Positions 51,062 to 61,071 of a DNA stretch of 64,000 bases are shown here, piece after piece. Source of the DNA: Sporomusaceae bacterium (GTDB lineage: Bacteria > Bacillota > Negativicutes > Acidaminococcales > JAJUGR01). The stretch's first letter is position 1. Every line of letters starts with the position of its first letter. Both the position numbers and the translations under genes were made by a program. The notes under the pieces are model-generated. The model ran no database searches. It was given only the letters and a program-made list of their open reading frames with translations, and was not told the DNA's origin. Where the stretch lies: NCBI GenBank assembly GCA_029265905.1, contig JAJUGR010000005.1, positions 68,753 through 132,752 of the forward strand. The letters are read 5' to 3'.

Positions 51062-51861
51062 TGCTGATCAGCAGCAAGGAGCATGAGTTGGTAAAGTTGG
51101 CGGTCGCTCTGCAGCAGAAAAAAACGCGGGACGAAAAAAGACTATGCCTGTTAGAAGGCCTGCGCTTGGTGGAGGATGCCTTCTTGGCAGGGTGGTCGGT
51201 TCGCCAGTTGTTTGTGGGACAGGCGCTGGCGGCTGAAACGCGTGTGGCCGAATTGCTGGCGGCGGCGGAAAAACGGCGCATTCCGGCCTTTTTTGTGACT
51301 GAAGCGGTGTTGAAAAAAATGGCGACAACCAGTTCACCGCAGGGCGTGATGGCGGTTGTCGCCCAGCCGTCAACCGCTTTGCCGATTGAAGCGAAAGGCG
51401 AATTGTGGCTGCTGGCTGATGAACTTCAAGATCCAGGGAATTTCGGTGCGATTTTGCGCAGCGCCGATGCCGCCGGTTGCAGCGGGGTGATCATGGCCGG
51501 CTACGGGGTCGACCCGTTTGGGCCCAAAGCGGTGCGGGCGACCATGGGGTCCCTTTTTCACCTGCCGATCGCGGTTGCCCATGATCAGGCGCACGCGCTC
51601 GCGTGGATTCGCCGCCAAGGCCTGCGCGTTTTAGTCGCTGACGCAAGCGGCACGCTACCCTATGACAAGGCTGATTATACAGACGGCTGCGTGCTGGTCA
51701 TCGGCAATGAAGCGAGGGGCGTTTCACCTTTTTGGCTGGCTGCAGCGGACGCCGTGGTTGGAATTCCTATTTATGGGAAGGCGGAATCGCTTAACGCCGC
51801 CGTGGCCGCCTCCCTGCTTGTTTATGAGGCCGCCCGGCAACGGTTCGGCCACAAGGCATAG
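51058..51861 (+). CDS. TrmH/SpoU-family RNA methyltransferase
   Basis: LQDPGNFGAILRSA, IGNEARG, ESLNAAVA. Confidence 0.92.
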   Translation: MMLISSKEHELVKLAVALQQKKTRDEKRLCLLEGLRLVEDAFLAGWSVRQLFVGQALAAETRVAELLAAAEKRRIPAFFVTEAVLKKMATTSSPQGVMAVVAQPSTALPIEAKGELWLLADELQDPGNFGAILRSADAAGCSGVIMAGYGVDPFGPKAVRATMGSLFHLPIAVAHDQAHALAWIRRQGLRVLVADASGTLPYDKADYTDGCVLVIGNEARGVSPFWLAAADAVVGIPIYGKAESLNAAVAASLLVYEAARQRFGHKA

Positions 51862-51969
51862 CATTTCCTTGTTTTGCCTGCTTGCTGGGGGCAGGCTTTT
51901 TGTGCTATAATACCCTCAAGTGCTGGTGGACGTTGCATGGCGCCACTAGCGCCTTATAACATAGCAATA

Positions 51970-52199
51970 TGAGCGATGACGAAGAGAGTAGGCTGTTTGC
52001 GGCTGTTTAGGGAGAAGAACCTCGACTGAAAGTTCTTCCGGTGCGCGCAGTTGAAGTTCACTTCCGAGTTTTCTGGCTGAAGGGAGCAATCTTGCGTAGG
52101 CCGGGCGTTTTCCGCGTTAAGGAGTAGCGAGCAATAAGTAGGGTGGTACCGTGAAAGTCAGACTTTCGCCCCTTCAGGGGAGGCGAAGGTCTTTTTTTA
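51970..52199 (+). ncRNA. T-box riboswitch (Phe)
   Basis: AGGGAG bulge, GACTGAAA loop, TTC specifier at 52057-52059, T-box AAGTAGGGTGGTACCGTG at 52136-52153, terminator. Confidence 0.92.
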
Positions 52200-52234
52200 T
52201 TGATATTTTGCTTAAACGCGTTGGGAGGACGAAT

Positions 52235-53257
52235 ATGGAAAAGCAGTTGGCTGATTTACAACAGGCGGCATTGGCTGCCATAGCCGAGAGCAACGCGCTT
52301 TCGGGCTTGCAGGATTTGAAGGTGCAATACTTAGGGAAGAAGGGCGCTCTGACTGCCTTTTTGCGTGGCATGGGCGGGTTGGCCCCGGAAGAGAGGCCCC
52401 GCATCGGACAATTGGTCAATGATGTGCGGCAGGTTTTGGAACAAGCGATTGCAGAAAAAGAAGCCGGTTTGGCAAAGCAGGCTCTGGCGCACAAGCTGGC
52501 CTCGGAACGAATCGACATTACACTGCCGGGCCGCAAACCGGAGCTGGGACACCGCCATCCGATCACCCTGACCATGGATAGGATCAAACGGACTTTTATG
52601 CGTATGGGGTTTGAAATTGCCGAAGGGCCGGAGATCGAAAATGACTATTTCAATTTTGAGGTGCTGAATCTGCCCAAGGACCATCCGGCACGCGACATGC
52701 AGGACTCCTTTTATTTCTCGGATGAATTCCTGCTGCGGACGCACACGTCGCCGGTCCAGGCGCGGATGATGCAGTCGCAGCCGCCGAATACGCCGATTCG
52801 CATGATTGCGCCGGGCAAGGTGTACCGCCGTGATTACGATGCCACGCACTCGCCGATGTTCCATCAGGTCGAGGGACTGGTGGTCGACAAACAAATTAGT
52901 TTAGGCGATTTAAAAGGCACGCTGGAAGCTTTCTTGAAAGAAATCTTCGGGTCGTCCGTCCGCGTGCGGTTGCGTCCGAGCTTTTTCCCCTTTACCGAAC
53001 CGAGCGCTGAGGTCGATGTTTCTTGCGTTATCTGCGGCGGCGTCGGGTGCCGCGTCTGCAAACAGTCTGGCTGGCTGGAGATTCTTGGTTCTGGAATGGT
53101 CCATCCGCGCGTCTTGGAAATGAGCGGCTACGATCCCGAACTTGTCAGCGGCTTTGCTTTTGGCATGGGCGTGGAGCGGATTGCCATGCTGTACTACGGC
53201 ATCGACGATCTGCGGCTGTTTTTTGAAAATGACTTGCGGTTTATCCGCCAGTTCTAA
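52235..53257 (+). CDS. pheS: Phenylalanyl-tRNA synthetase alpha subunit
   Basis: [31 protein letters not shown]; GGGAGG RBS before ATG 52235. Confidence 0.98.
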   Translation: MEKQLADLQQAALAAIAESNALSGLQDLKVQYLGKKGALTAFLRGMGGLAPEERPRIGQLVNDVRQVLEQAIAEKEAGLAKQALAHKLASERIDITLPGRKPELGHRHPITLTMDRIKRTFMRMGFEIAEGPEIENDYFNFEVLNLPKDHPARDMQDSFYFSDEFLLRTHTSPVQARMMQSQPPNTPIRMIAPGKVYRRDYDATHSPMFHQVEGLVVDKQISLGDLKGTLEAFLKEIFGSSVRVRLRPSFFPFTEPSAEVDVSCVICGGVGCRVCKQSGWLEILGSGMVHPRVLEMSGYDPELVSGFAFGMGVERIAMLYYGIDDLRLFFENDLRFIRQF

Positions 53258-53269
53258 GGAGGAGAAAAG

Positions 53270-55705
53270 ATGCGTGCTTCATTGAAATGGTTGAAGGATT
53301 ATGTTGATATTACTGATGAACCGGCGGTGCTGGCGGAAAAATTGACGCGGGCCGGCGTGCCGGTCGAATGGATAGAAGAACTAGGGACGGAGATTGACAA
53401 GGTCGTTACGGGGCGTGTTGTTGCGATGCAGCGCCACCCGGAGGCTGACCGCCTGTGGATCTGCACAATTGAAGTTGGGGCCGCTGATCCGCTGGTGATT
53501 GTCACCGGCGCGCAAAACGTCAGTGAGGGTGATGTCGTTCCGGTAGCGACAGTCGGAGCCAGCTTGCCGGGGGGCAAGAAGATTGGACAAGCAAAGCTGC
53601 GCGGCGTTGAATCGTTCGGCATGCTTTGCTCGGCAACGGAGCTGGCGATTGACAGCAAATTATTGCAACCCGAGCAGCGCGAAGGAATCCTGCTGCTGCC
53701 GCGCGATACCGAGATCGGCGTTGATGTGCGGACGGTTCTTGGACTTGATGATACTGTCTTTGAATTCGAGCTGACCGCCAATCGTCCCGACTGCTTCAGC
53801 ATGATCGGCCTGGCGCGGGAAATTGCCGCGCTGACAGGCGCGCAGCTGAAAAAACCGATGCTCAATGTGCCGGAAACGGCGGCGGGTGATACCAAGGCGG
53901 AAATCAGTATTGCGATTAGAGACGGCCAGCTCTGCCCGCGTTTTGCCGCCCGCCTGTTGAAGAATGTCCGGATCGCGCCTTCGCCGCAATGGATGCAGCG
54001 TTATTTGAACGCCTGCGGCATTCGCGCGATCAACAACGTTGTCGACGTAACGAATTTTGTGATGCTGGAAATGGGGCAGCCCATGCATGCCTATGATTAT
54101 GACTTGATTGAGGGCAAGCAAATCATCGTGCGGCCGGCCGCCAAAGGCGAAGTCTTGACGACGCTTGATGACGTTAAACGCAACTTGCACGACGATATGA
54201 TTGTTATTGCCGATGCGTCGCAAGCGATCGGCCTGGGCGGGGTTATGGGCGGTTTGGCGACCGAGGTGACAGGCGAAACGAAAACGGTCCTGCTGGAGGC
54301 GGCTGCTTTCCGGGGCGTGAATGTGCGGCGGACCAGCCGCGAACTTGGTTTGCGCAGCGAGGCGTCGGGACGCTTTGAACGCGGCGTTGACCGCACGGCC
54401 ATCCTGCAGGCGCTTGACCGCGCGGCAGGTTTGCTGGCGGCGATGGGGGCGGCGGAGGTTTGCCCGGGCATTGCGGACGAGTACCTGGACGTCAGTTTGC
54501 CAAAGCAGATCAGGACCAGCGTTGCGGCCATTAACCGCCGCCTAGGCACGGCCCTGAACGGCGCGCAGATGGCCGGCATTTTAACTCCGTTGGGATTCCA
54601 CGTTGACTTGGCAAATGAGCACCTGGTGATCACTACGCCTTCTTGGCGGAGCGATGTAACCGGAACGGCCGATATTAGCGAAGAGGTAGCGCGTTGCTAT
54701 GGCTTTGACAATATCCCGGCGACTATGCCTGTTGGGCCGATCAAGGAGGGCGGGCAAAGCGAAGAGGCGGATTTGATTGATAAACTGCGGGACCAATTAA
54801 CGGCCTGCGGCCTTGATGAAACGATTTCATACAGCTTCATTCACGCTTCCTTGTTTGATAAGCTTGGCTTGGCGCCGGACGACGCTCGACGGGCGGCGAT
54901 TCCTGTCTTAAACCCGATCACCGATGAATTTGAGCTGATGAGAACAACGTTGGCCGGGAGCGTGCTGCAGACGGTCGCGTATAATGCAAGCCGCCGCAAC
55001 GAAAACATCCGCGTTTTCGAGATTGGCAAGACTTACTTCGCGGAGGCTTTGCCGTTGAAGGCCCTGCCGGTAGAAACGAATCAACTTTGCATTGCTATGA
55101 CCGGCGCCCGCTATGACGGAGCCTGGAACCGGGAGCGGGATGAAGTTGACTTTTATGACCTGAAGGGAATTTTGGAAAGCCTGCTGGCCGCACTGGGGAT
55201 GCCTTCGGCAACGTTTTCGGCCACGACGTCTGTTAACTATCTTCACCCAGGCAAGAGTGCGCTCGTCCAAGTTGATGGCCGGCCGCTCGGCGTGATGGGG
55301 GAAATTCATCCTAGCGTCGCCAATGCTTTTGACCTGGAGAAAAAGGTGTATCTGGCGGAAATCGACCTCGGCGTGCTGCTTGACGGCTGGGTGCACAGGC
55401 GTCAATACAAAGCTTTGCCCAAGTATCCGGGCAGCCTGCGGGACTTGGCTTTTCTGGCAAGCGCTGATATCACTGCGCAAGAAATCGAGGCGGTCGTACG
55501 AACGGCAGCCGGTCCGCTGCTGCGCAGCGTCAGCTTATTTGACGTGTACGAAGGCAAGCAGGTGCCGGAAGGAAAGCGCAGCATGGCTTTTTCCCTCCAG
55601 TTCCAGGCTGATGACCGTACGTTGAAGGATGAAGAAGTGGATTCGAGCATTGCGCAGATCATCAGCGCGCTGCAGGCTTCCTTGAAAATTTCGCTTCGTT
55701 CATAA
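53270..55705 (+). CDS. pheT: Phenylalanyl-tRNA synthetase beta subunit
   Basis: LRGVESFGMLCS, TANRPD, RFERGVD, FDX-ACB C-terminus. Confidence 0.98.
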   Translation: MRASLKWLKDYVDITDEPAVLAEKLTRAGVPVEWIEELGTEIDKVVTGRVVAMQRHPEADRLWICTIEVGAADPLVIVTGAQNVSEGDVVPVATVGASLPGGKKIGQAKLRGVESFGMLCSATELAIDSKLLQPEQREGILLLPRDTEIGVDVRTVLGLDDTVFEFELTANRPDCFSMIGLAREIAALTGAQLKKPMLNVPETAAGDTKAEISIAIRDGQLCPRFAARLLKNVRIAPSPQWMQRYLNACGIRAINNVVDVTNFVMLEMGQPMHAYDYDLIEGKQIIVRPAAKGEVLTTLDDVKRNLHDDMIVIADASQAIGLGGVMGGLATEVTGETKTVLLEAAAFRGVNVRRTSRELGLRSEASGRFERGVDRTAILQALDRAAGLLAAMGAAEVCPGIADEYLDVSLPKQIRTSVAAINRRLGTALNGAQMAGILTPLGFHVDLANEHLVITTPSWRSDVTGTADISEEVARCYGFDNIPATMPVGPIKEGGQSEEADLIDKLRDQLTACGLDETISYSFIHASLFDKLGLAPDDARRAAIPVLNPITDEFELMRTTLAGSVLQTVAYNASRRNENIRVFEIGKTYFAEALPLKALPVETNQLCIAMTGARYDGAWNRERDEVDFYDLKGILESLLAALGMPSATFSATTSVNYLHPGKSALVQVDGRPLGVMGEIHPSVANAFDLEKKVYLAEIDLGVLLDGWVHRRQYKALPKYPGSLRDLAFLASADITAQEIEAVVRTAAGPLLRSVSLFDVYEGKQVPEGKRSMAFSLQFQADDRTLKDEEVDSSIAQIISALQASLKISLRS

Positions 55706-55710
55706 GCTTT

Positions 55711-55739
55711 GCAAAGAGGGCGGGAACGCCCTCTTTGTC
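55711..55739 (+). terminator. Terminator after pheT
   Basis: CAAAGAGGGCG-ggaa-CGCCCTCTTTG. Confidence 0.75.
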
Positions 55740-55802
55740 TTGTAGTGGAAAAAACTCCCCGCACCTGATAGAATAGTTTACAGGAATGTATGTAATCGGG
55801 GG

Positions 55803-56078
55803 TTGAGGCGATTGTCGGAAGAAATTCGTCGGGTTACAGTTTCGGTTGGACAGGAAAAGTATGTGTTGAAAACGGATATGAGTGATGAGCGATTAGCACG
55901 CCTGACCGGCATGGTGAATCAGCGGCTAGAGCGCGTTTCAGCCGGCAAGGTGCGCCTCCCCGCCTCGCGGGCGGCGGTGCTGGTGGCGCTGCAACTAGCT
56001 GACGATTATATGAAACTCGAGGAAGATCATCAGCTCTTACTGCAACTGGTAGCTGAAACGCGCGACACGGCCCGCTAG
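55803..56078 (+). CDS. zapA: Cell division protein ZapA
   Basis: VTVSVGQEKYVL...AAVLVALQLADDY plus coiled coil; pheT-zapA-mutS2 synteny; exact start uncertain. Confidence 0.82.
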   Translation: MRRLSEEIRRVTVSVGQEKYVLKTDMSDERLARLTGMVNQRLERVSAGKVRLPASRAAVLVALQLADDYMKLEEDHQLLLQLVAETRDTAR

Positions 56079-56127
56079 GGCCGTGTCTTATCTTCATGGT
56101 CCATTGATTTAAAAAGGGGAAGAAGAA

Positions 56128-58632
56128 ATGCTGCAACGAAAAATAGAATTGCTGGCGCCGGCCGGCGAATGGGACGCTTTTATCGCGGCGGTGAGGGCGG
56201 GCGCCGATGCCGTTTATCTGGCCGGACACCGGTTTGGCGCCAGGCAGAATGCCAATAACTTTGACTACGAGGAAATGAAGGCAGCCGTGCGGTATGCGCA
56301 TTTATTTCGCGTCAGGATTTATGTCACAGTTAACACGCTGGTGGATGATACCGAGTTTGATGCGCTGCACAGCTATTTGGCTGAATTGCAGGAGGCAGGG
56401 GCGGATGCAATTATTGTCCAGGACATGGGGGTTCTCCGCTTTGTCCGTCAGCACTTTCCTAACCTCGCTGTCCATGCCAGCACGCAGATGTGCATTGCCA
56501 GCGCTGAGGCTGTACGCTTGTTGGCTGACGAATATGGCGTGGAACGCGTTGTGCTGGCGCGAGAGTGCACCTTGGAGGAGATTCGGGAAATTGCTGCCAC
56601 TGGCGTCGATATTGAAGTGTTCGGCCACGGGGCGTTGTGCATTTCCTATTCCGGACAGTGTCTGATGAGCAGCATGATCGGCGGCCGCAGCGGAAATCGC
56701 GGTTGCTGCGCGCAACCTTGCCGCCTGCCGTATGCGTTGGTGGACAATAAAGGCGGGAATTTGCTGGAGGGCGCAAACGCCGGGCAATATCTGCTCAGCC
56801 CGCGCGACTTAAAAACCATTGAGCTGCTGCCGGAGCTGCAAAAAGCAGGTGTGGCCTCGTTGAAAATTGAGGGGCGCATGAAGCGCCCTGAATACGTCGC
56901 TACGGTAGTTGATGTTTACCGCCGGGCGCTCGACCGATTGGCGGCGGGTGGCGAGTACTACGTGCCGGAAGCAGATTTGGACAGCTTGCGTCAAATCTTT
57001 AATCGCGATTTTACGACTGCCTATTTGCCGGGCATAAAACCTGGCCGGGAAATGATGAGTGACCGCCGCCCTAATAACCGTGGCCGCTTGATTGGCCGGG
57101 TTGCGGCTGTCAACCAAGCCGCCCGCCAAGTGGTGATTCGCCTTGACGCGGAGCTGGCGGAGGGAGACGGTATTGAATTTTGGGTAAAGGTCGGCGGTCG
57201 AACAGGGATTGTGGCCAACAACCTGTCTGTCGGCGGCAAAACGGTGGATATCGCTTACCCCGGACAGGAAGTCAGCTTTTTTGCCAACGATTTGGCGGGC
57301 GTCCGGGTTCACGACCGGGTTTTCTGCACGCTTGATAAGCGCTTAATGGATAAGGCACGCAGTTTTTTTGCCGAAGAGAGCGGGGACTGGCGCATACCGG
57401 TTACAGCGCAGGTTGTCGGCAGGCTAGGGGAACCGCTCAGCATTTTGTTTTGCGATGATGAGGGGAATACTGGTTTTGCCAAAACCAACTTTGTTGCCGA
57501 GCCGGCGCGCTCGCAGCCGCTTTCTCTGGCGCGGGTGCGGCAACAGCTTGAACGGCTGGGACAGACCTTATTTCGCTTGACCGAGGCCGATATTCAACTA
57601 GAAGACGGAATCATGGTTCCCGTCAGCGAAATTAATGAAGCGCGCCGGTTGGCCATGCAGATGCTGGAAGAGACCAGACTGCAGGCTTTTGCTGGCGGCA
57701 AGCGGCAGCAAAAGCCGATGTCAATCAGAGACATCGGCTTGCCCAAGGCGCCGCTGGGTGCAAAAATCGCGCGGCGCGGCAGTTTGCAGGTGCAGATCGA
57801 CACGCTTGAGAAAGCGGAAATTGCCTGCCGCCACGGCGCAGACAGCTTGCTGTTTGGCGGCGACCATTTTTCGCGGCAGCCTGTCACTGTGGAGTCCTTA
57901 GCAGCCGTAGCTGAGCTGGCGAGGCGTTGGAAAATACCCGTGCACCTGGCGACGCCCCGGATGATTATGCAGGAGATGGAAGAATCGGTCGCTCGGGAGA
58001 TGGCGGCGGCCGGCCAGCATGGCTTCGCGGGTGTCTATTTGTCGGGCGTAACCGCGTTGGCGCTGGCGAGGAATCATTCGGAGCTGCCGTTGTCCGCCGA
58101 TTGGATGTTTAACACTTTTAATTCACACGCAATTGCTTTGTTGTCGGAAGAGGGCGTGAGGAGTGTGTGCCTGTCGCCGGAACTGACACTGGAGCAAATT
58201 GGCGCTCTGTCTAAAAGAACGGTTTTGCCAATGGAATGCCTTGTCCACGGCCGCTTGCCACTGATGATTTCCGCATATTGCGTGGCCGGCAGCTTTGTTG
58301 GCGAACTGGATAAAGGAAACTGCCGGCAGGCTTGCCAAACGCCGATGTTTTTGCAAGATCGCAAGGATGAGCGTTTCCCGCTGATGACCGACCAGTACTG
58401 CCGCATGCATGTTCTAAATGGCAAAACCTTGTCGCTGACGGGCAATATCGCCCGCATTTTAGATAGCGGGGTTTCTGTAGTTAGAATTGATGGCCGCGCG
58501 TTGGCGGCAGCGGAGCTAGCCACCAGCGTTACCGCTTATCGCCAGGAACTGCTGGGGGGAATGCCGGATTTAGATCGCGCGGGCAGCACGAGAGGACATT
58601 TTTTCCGCGGTGTATTGAATCGGCCTGAATAA
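56128..58632 (+). CDS. U32 family protein with DUF3656 (RlhA-like RNA hydroxylation protein)
   Basis: ELLAPAG, HGALCISYSGQC, NRGCCAQPCR, KIEGRMK, second degenerate U32 domain, TRGHF. Confidence 0.88.
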   Translation: MLQRKIELLAPAGEWDAFIAAVRAGADAVYLAGHRFGARQNANNFDYEEMKAAVRYAHLFRVRIYVTVNTLVDDTEFDALHSYLAELQEAGADAIIVQDMGVLRFVRQHFPNLAVHASTQMCIASAEAVRLLADEYGVERVVLARECTLEEIREIAATGVDIEVFGHGALCISYSGQCLMSSMIGGRSGNRGCCAQPCRLPYALVDNKGGNLLEGANAGQYLLSPRDLKTIELLPELQKAGVASLKIEGRMKRPEYVATVVDVYRRALDRLAAGGEYYVPEADLDSLRQIFNRDFTTAYLPGIKPGREMMSDRRPNNRGRLIGRVAAVNQAARQVVIRLDAELAEGDGIEFWVKVGGRTGIVANNLSVGGKTVDIAYPGQEVSFFANDLAGVRVHDRVFCTLDKRLMDKARSFFAEESGDWRIPVTAQVVGRLGEPLSILFCDDEGNTGFAKTNFVAEPARSQPLSLARVRQQLERLGQTLFRLTEADIQLEDGIMVPVSEINEARRLAMQMLEETRLQAFAGGKRQQKPMSIRDIGLPKAPLGAKIARRGSLQVQIDTLEKAEIACRHGADSLLFGGDHFSRQPVTVESLAAVAELARRWKIPVHLATPRMIMQEMEESVAREMAAAGQHGFAGVYLSGVTALALARNHSELPLSADWMFNTFNSHAIALLSEEGVRSVCLSPELTLEQIGALSKRTVLPMECLVHGRLPLMISAYCVAGSFVGELDKGNCRQACQTPMFLQDRKDERFPLMTDQYCRMHVLNGKTLSLTGNIARILDSGVSVVRIDGRALAAAELATSVTAYRQELLGGMPDLDRAGSTRGHFFRGVLNRPE

Positions 58633-58646
58633 CACAGGAGGATAGC

Positions 58647-61025
58647 ATGCAGCTTAATACGCTCAACACGGTTGAATTTCAAACTGTTTTGTCACACTTG
58701 GGGCAAAAGACGCAAACGAAACTGGGACAGGAAATGGCGCAGGCGCTGCTGCCCAGCCCAAATGAAAAAACAGTGCGCACTTGGCTGGCTGAAACGCGCC
58801 AGGCGGTGGCGCTGCTTGAACGCCAGGCGGCGCCGCCGCTCGGCGGATTGCCCGATGTGCGGGCGACAGTGCGACGCTCGACGCTCGACGCCGTTTTGTC
58901 GGGCGAAGAAATCGTCCAGGTTCGAATGGCGCTGCGGCTAATCGACTGCCTGGAAGCATTTTTGCGGCACCATCACGAGGCGGCGCCGCTGCTAGCGTCG
59001 CGGCTTGAGGGGATAACCTCCTTTCACCGCTTGGAAGCGGAGTTAGCCAAGGCGTTTGATGAAGAGGGGGCGCTGCTGGATACGGCTTCGTCGGAACTGG
59101 CATCAAGCCGCCGGGATATCCGCAGCTGCCAGCATCGGATAAAGGAAAAGCTAGAGGCCATGGTGCGGTCTGCGGACGTGCAAAAATTCCTGCAGGATCC
59201 GATCGTCACCATGCGCCGCGACCGATATGTCCTGCCGGTTAAATCGGAGTATCGCAACCAGGTGCCAGGCTTAATCCATGACCAGTCAGGCAGCGGGGCA
59301 ACCATTTTTGTTGAGCCGATGGCGGTTGTTGAATTGAATAATGATTTGCGTCAAGCGGAAGCGAAAGAAAAGCTGGAAGTTGAGCGCTTGCTTCGGCATT
59401 TTTCCGGTAAAATTGCGCAGGTTGCGGGGCCGTTGACCACCTCCTTGCACAAGGCGGCAGAAATTGACCTCATTTTTGCCAAAGCGCGGCTCGCATGGGC
59501 GTATAAAGCGGCCGAGCCAATTGTCAGTGAGCGCGGGCTGCTTAAAATTTGCGAAGGTCGGCATCCCAGCATCGATCCGGCCCTTGTCATTCCTGTTTCC
59601 ATTGAAATCGGCAGCGGGTATCGGACGCTTGTCATTTCCGGCCCCAATACGGGCGGCAAGACGGTAGCTTTGAAAATGACAGGACTATTTGCCGTTATGA
59701 TGCAATGCGGGCTGTTTTTGCCGGCGCGGAGCGAAACGGAGCTGCCTGTTTTTCAAAATATTTTTGCCGACATTGGCGACGAACAGAGCATCGAGCAGAG
59801 CTTGAGCACTTTTTCGGCGCACATGACGCACCTCGTCGCCATTATGCAAGCTGTCAGCGCAAACGACCTGGTGCTGATCGATGAAATATGCGCCGGCACG
59901 GATCCGAACGAGGGCGCGGCCCTCGCGATGGGGATCCTTGATTTTTTGCGGAGCAAGGGCGCCTTTACTATCATTACTACCCACTACAGCGATATTAAGA
60001 CCTTCGCCTATCGCGAAGAAGGCATGGAAAACGCCAGCGTCGAATTTGACGTTCAGTCGTTGCGGCCGACTTACCGGCTCTTGATCGGCGTTCCGGGCGG
60101 GAGCAATGCGCTGCATATCGCCCGGCGGCTCGGCTTGCCGGACGCGGTGCTGAACCGTTCCAGCTCATTTTTGACAGAGGGGCAACGCCAATTGTCCGAG
60201 CTGATGCTGGGGTTGGAAGCCGAGCGCCAGAAAGCGCAGGCGGCAAACCGGGCGCTGGCGGAAGAAAAACAGCGTCTGGAAAAGCAACGCTTTGATCTGG
60301 AAAAAGAAAACGAAAAACGCCGCCAACAGGTCGAGGTGTGGCGGAAAAAGGCGCGCGAGGAAGCCTGGACCGTGGTGCGCAATGCGCGGCAGGAAGTGGC
60401 GCAACTGCAAGAGCAAATGAAGGAGCTGCAGCTGCAGGAAAGCGAGCGCGAGCGCGCCCGGAAGCTGCAGGCGATTAAAAGTCAGGCCCAGGCCTTGGGC
60501 GATTTCATTCCCGCTGAAGATGATGGCGGCATCGCCTTGCAGGCGATGCCGGAGGCCATGGTTAAACCGGGTGCAATCGTGTATTTGCAAAAACTTCGCC
60601 AAAACGGCGAAGTGGTGGGGCGGAGCGGCAATGCGGTTACCGTTCAAATCGGCATGATTAAAACAACGGTTGATGTGGGCGAGTGCTATCGTTCAACAAA
60701 GAGTGCGCCTCTTCAGCATCAGGAACCGCGCAAAAGTGCAAAGCGGGCGGCAAGCGCCATGGGCTGGCAGAAACAGCAAGAATTGTCGCTCGAGCTTGAT
60801 ATTCGTGGGCTGACGGTGCAGGAGGCGGAAGATAAACTGGCGAAGTTTCTAGACGACGCGGTGCTGGGCGGGCTTGAACAAGTGCGCATTATCCACGGCA
60901 AAGGAACCGGTGCCTTGCGCAAAGGGGTCCTGGCGTATTTAAGCCAACATCCGCAGGTTAAACATGTCGACATGGCTGGTTGGCAGGAGGGTGGCAGCGG
61001 CGCCACCAACGTATTGCTGAAATAG
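58647..61025 (+). CDS. mutS2: MutS2 endonuclease/ribosome-splitting ATPase
   Basis: GPNTGGKT, SLSTFSAHM, DEICAGTDP, coiled coil, Smr domain IIHGKGTG. Confidence 0.96.
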   Translation: MQLNTLNTVEFQTVLSHLGQKTQTKLGQEMAQALLPSPNEKTVRTWLAETRQAVALLERQAAPPLGGLPDVRATVRRSTLDAVLSGEEIVQVRMALRLIDCLEAFLRHHHEAAPLLASRLEGITSFHRLEAELAKAFDEEGALLDTASSELASSRRDIRSCQHRIKEKLEAMVRSADVQKFLQDPIVTMRRDRYVLPVKSEYRNQVPGLIHDQSGSGATIFVEPMAVVELNNDLRQAEAKEKLEVERLLRHFSGKIAQVAGPLTTSLHKAAEIDLIFAKARLAWAYKAAEPIVSERGLLKICEGRHPSIDPALVIPVSIEIGSGYRTLVISGPNTGGKTVALKMTGLFAVMMQCGLFLPARSETELPVFQNIFADIGDEQSIEQSLSTFSAHMTHLVAIMQAVSANDLVLIDEICAGTDPNEGAALAMGILDFLRSKGAFTIITTHYSDIKTFAYREEGMENASVEFDVQSLRPTYRLLIGVPGGSNALHIARRLGLPDAVLNRSSSFLTEGQRQLSELMLGLEAERQKAQAANRALAEEKQRLEKQRFDLEKENEKRRQQVEVWRKKAREEAWTVVRNARQEVAQLQEQMKELQLQESERERARKLQAIKSQAQALGDFIPAEDDGGIALQAMPEAMVKPGAIVYLQKLRQNGEVVGRSGNAVTVQIGMIKTTVDVGECYRSTKSAPLQHQEPRKSAKRAASAMGWQKQQELSLELDIRGLTVQEAEDKLAKFLDDAVLGGLEQVRIIHGKGTGALRKGVLAYLSQHPQVKHVDMAGWQEGGSGATNVLLK

Positions 61026-61033
61026 CGACAGCG

Positions 61034-61071
61034 AATAAAAAAACCTGTGCTTTCGCACAGGTTTTTTTATT
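61034..61071. terminator. Bidirectional terminator between mutS2 and PBP1A
   Basis: AATAAAAAAACCTGTGC-tttc-GCACAGGTTTTTTTATT. Confidence 0.88.

Noticed and set aside
52151-52234. N-terminal extension of PheS in the ORF track
   Set aside because: It runs through the T-box terminator; the RBS supports ATG 52235.
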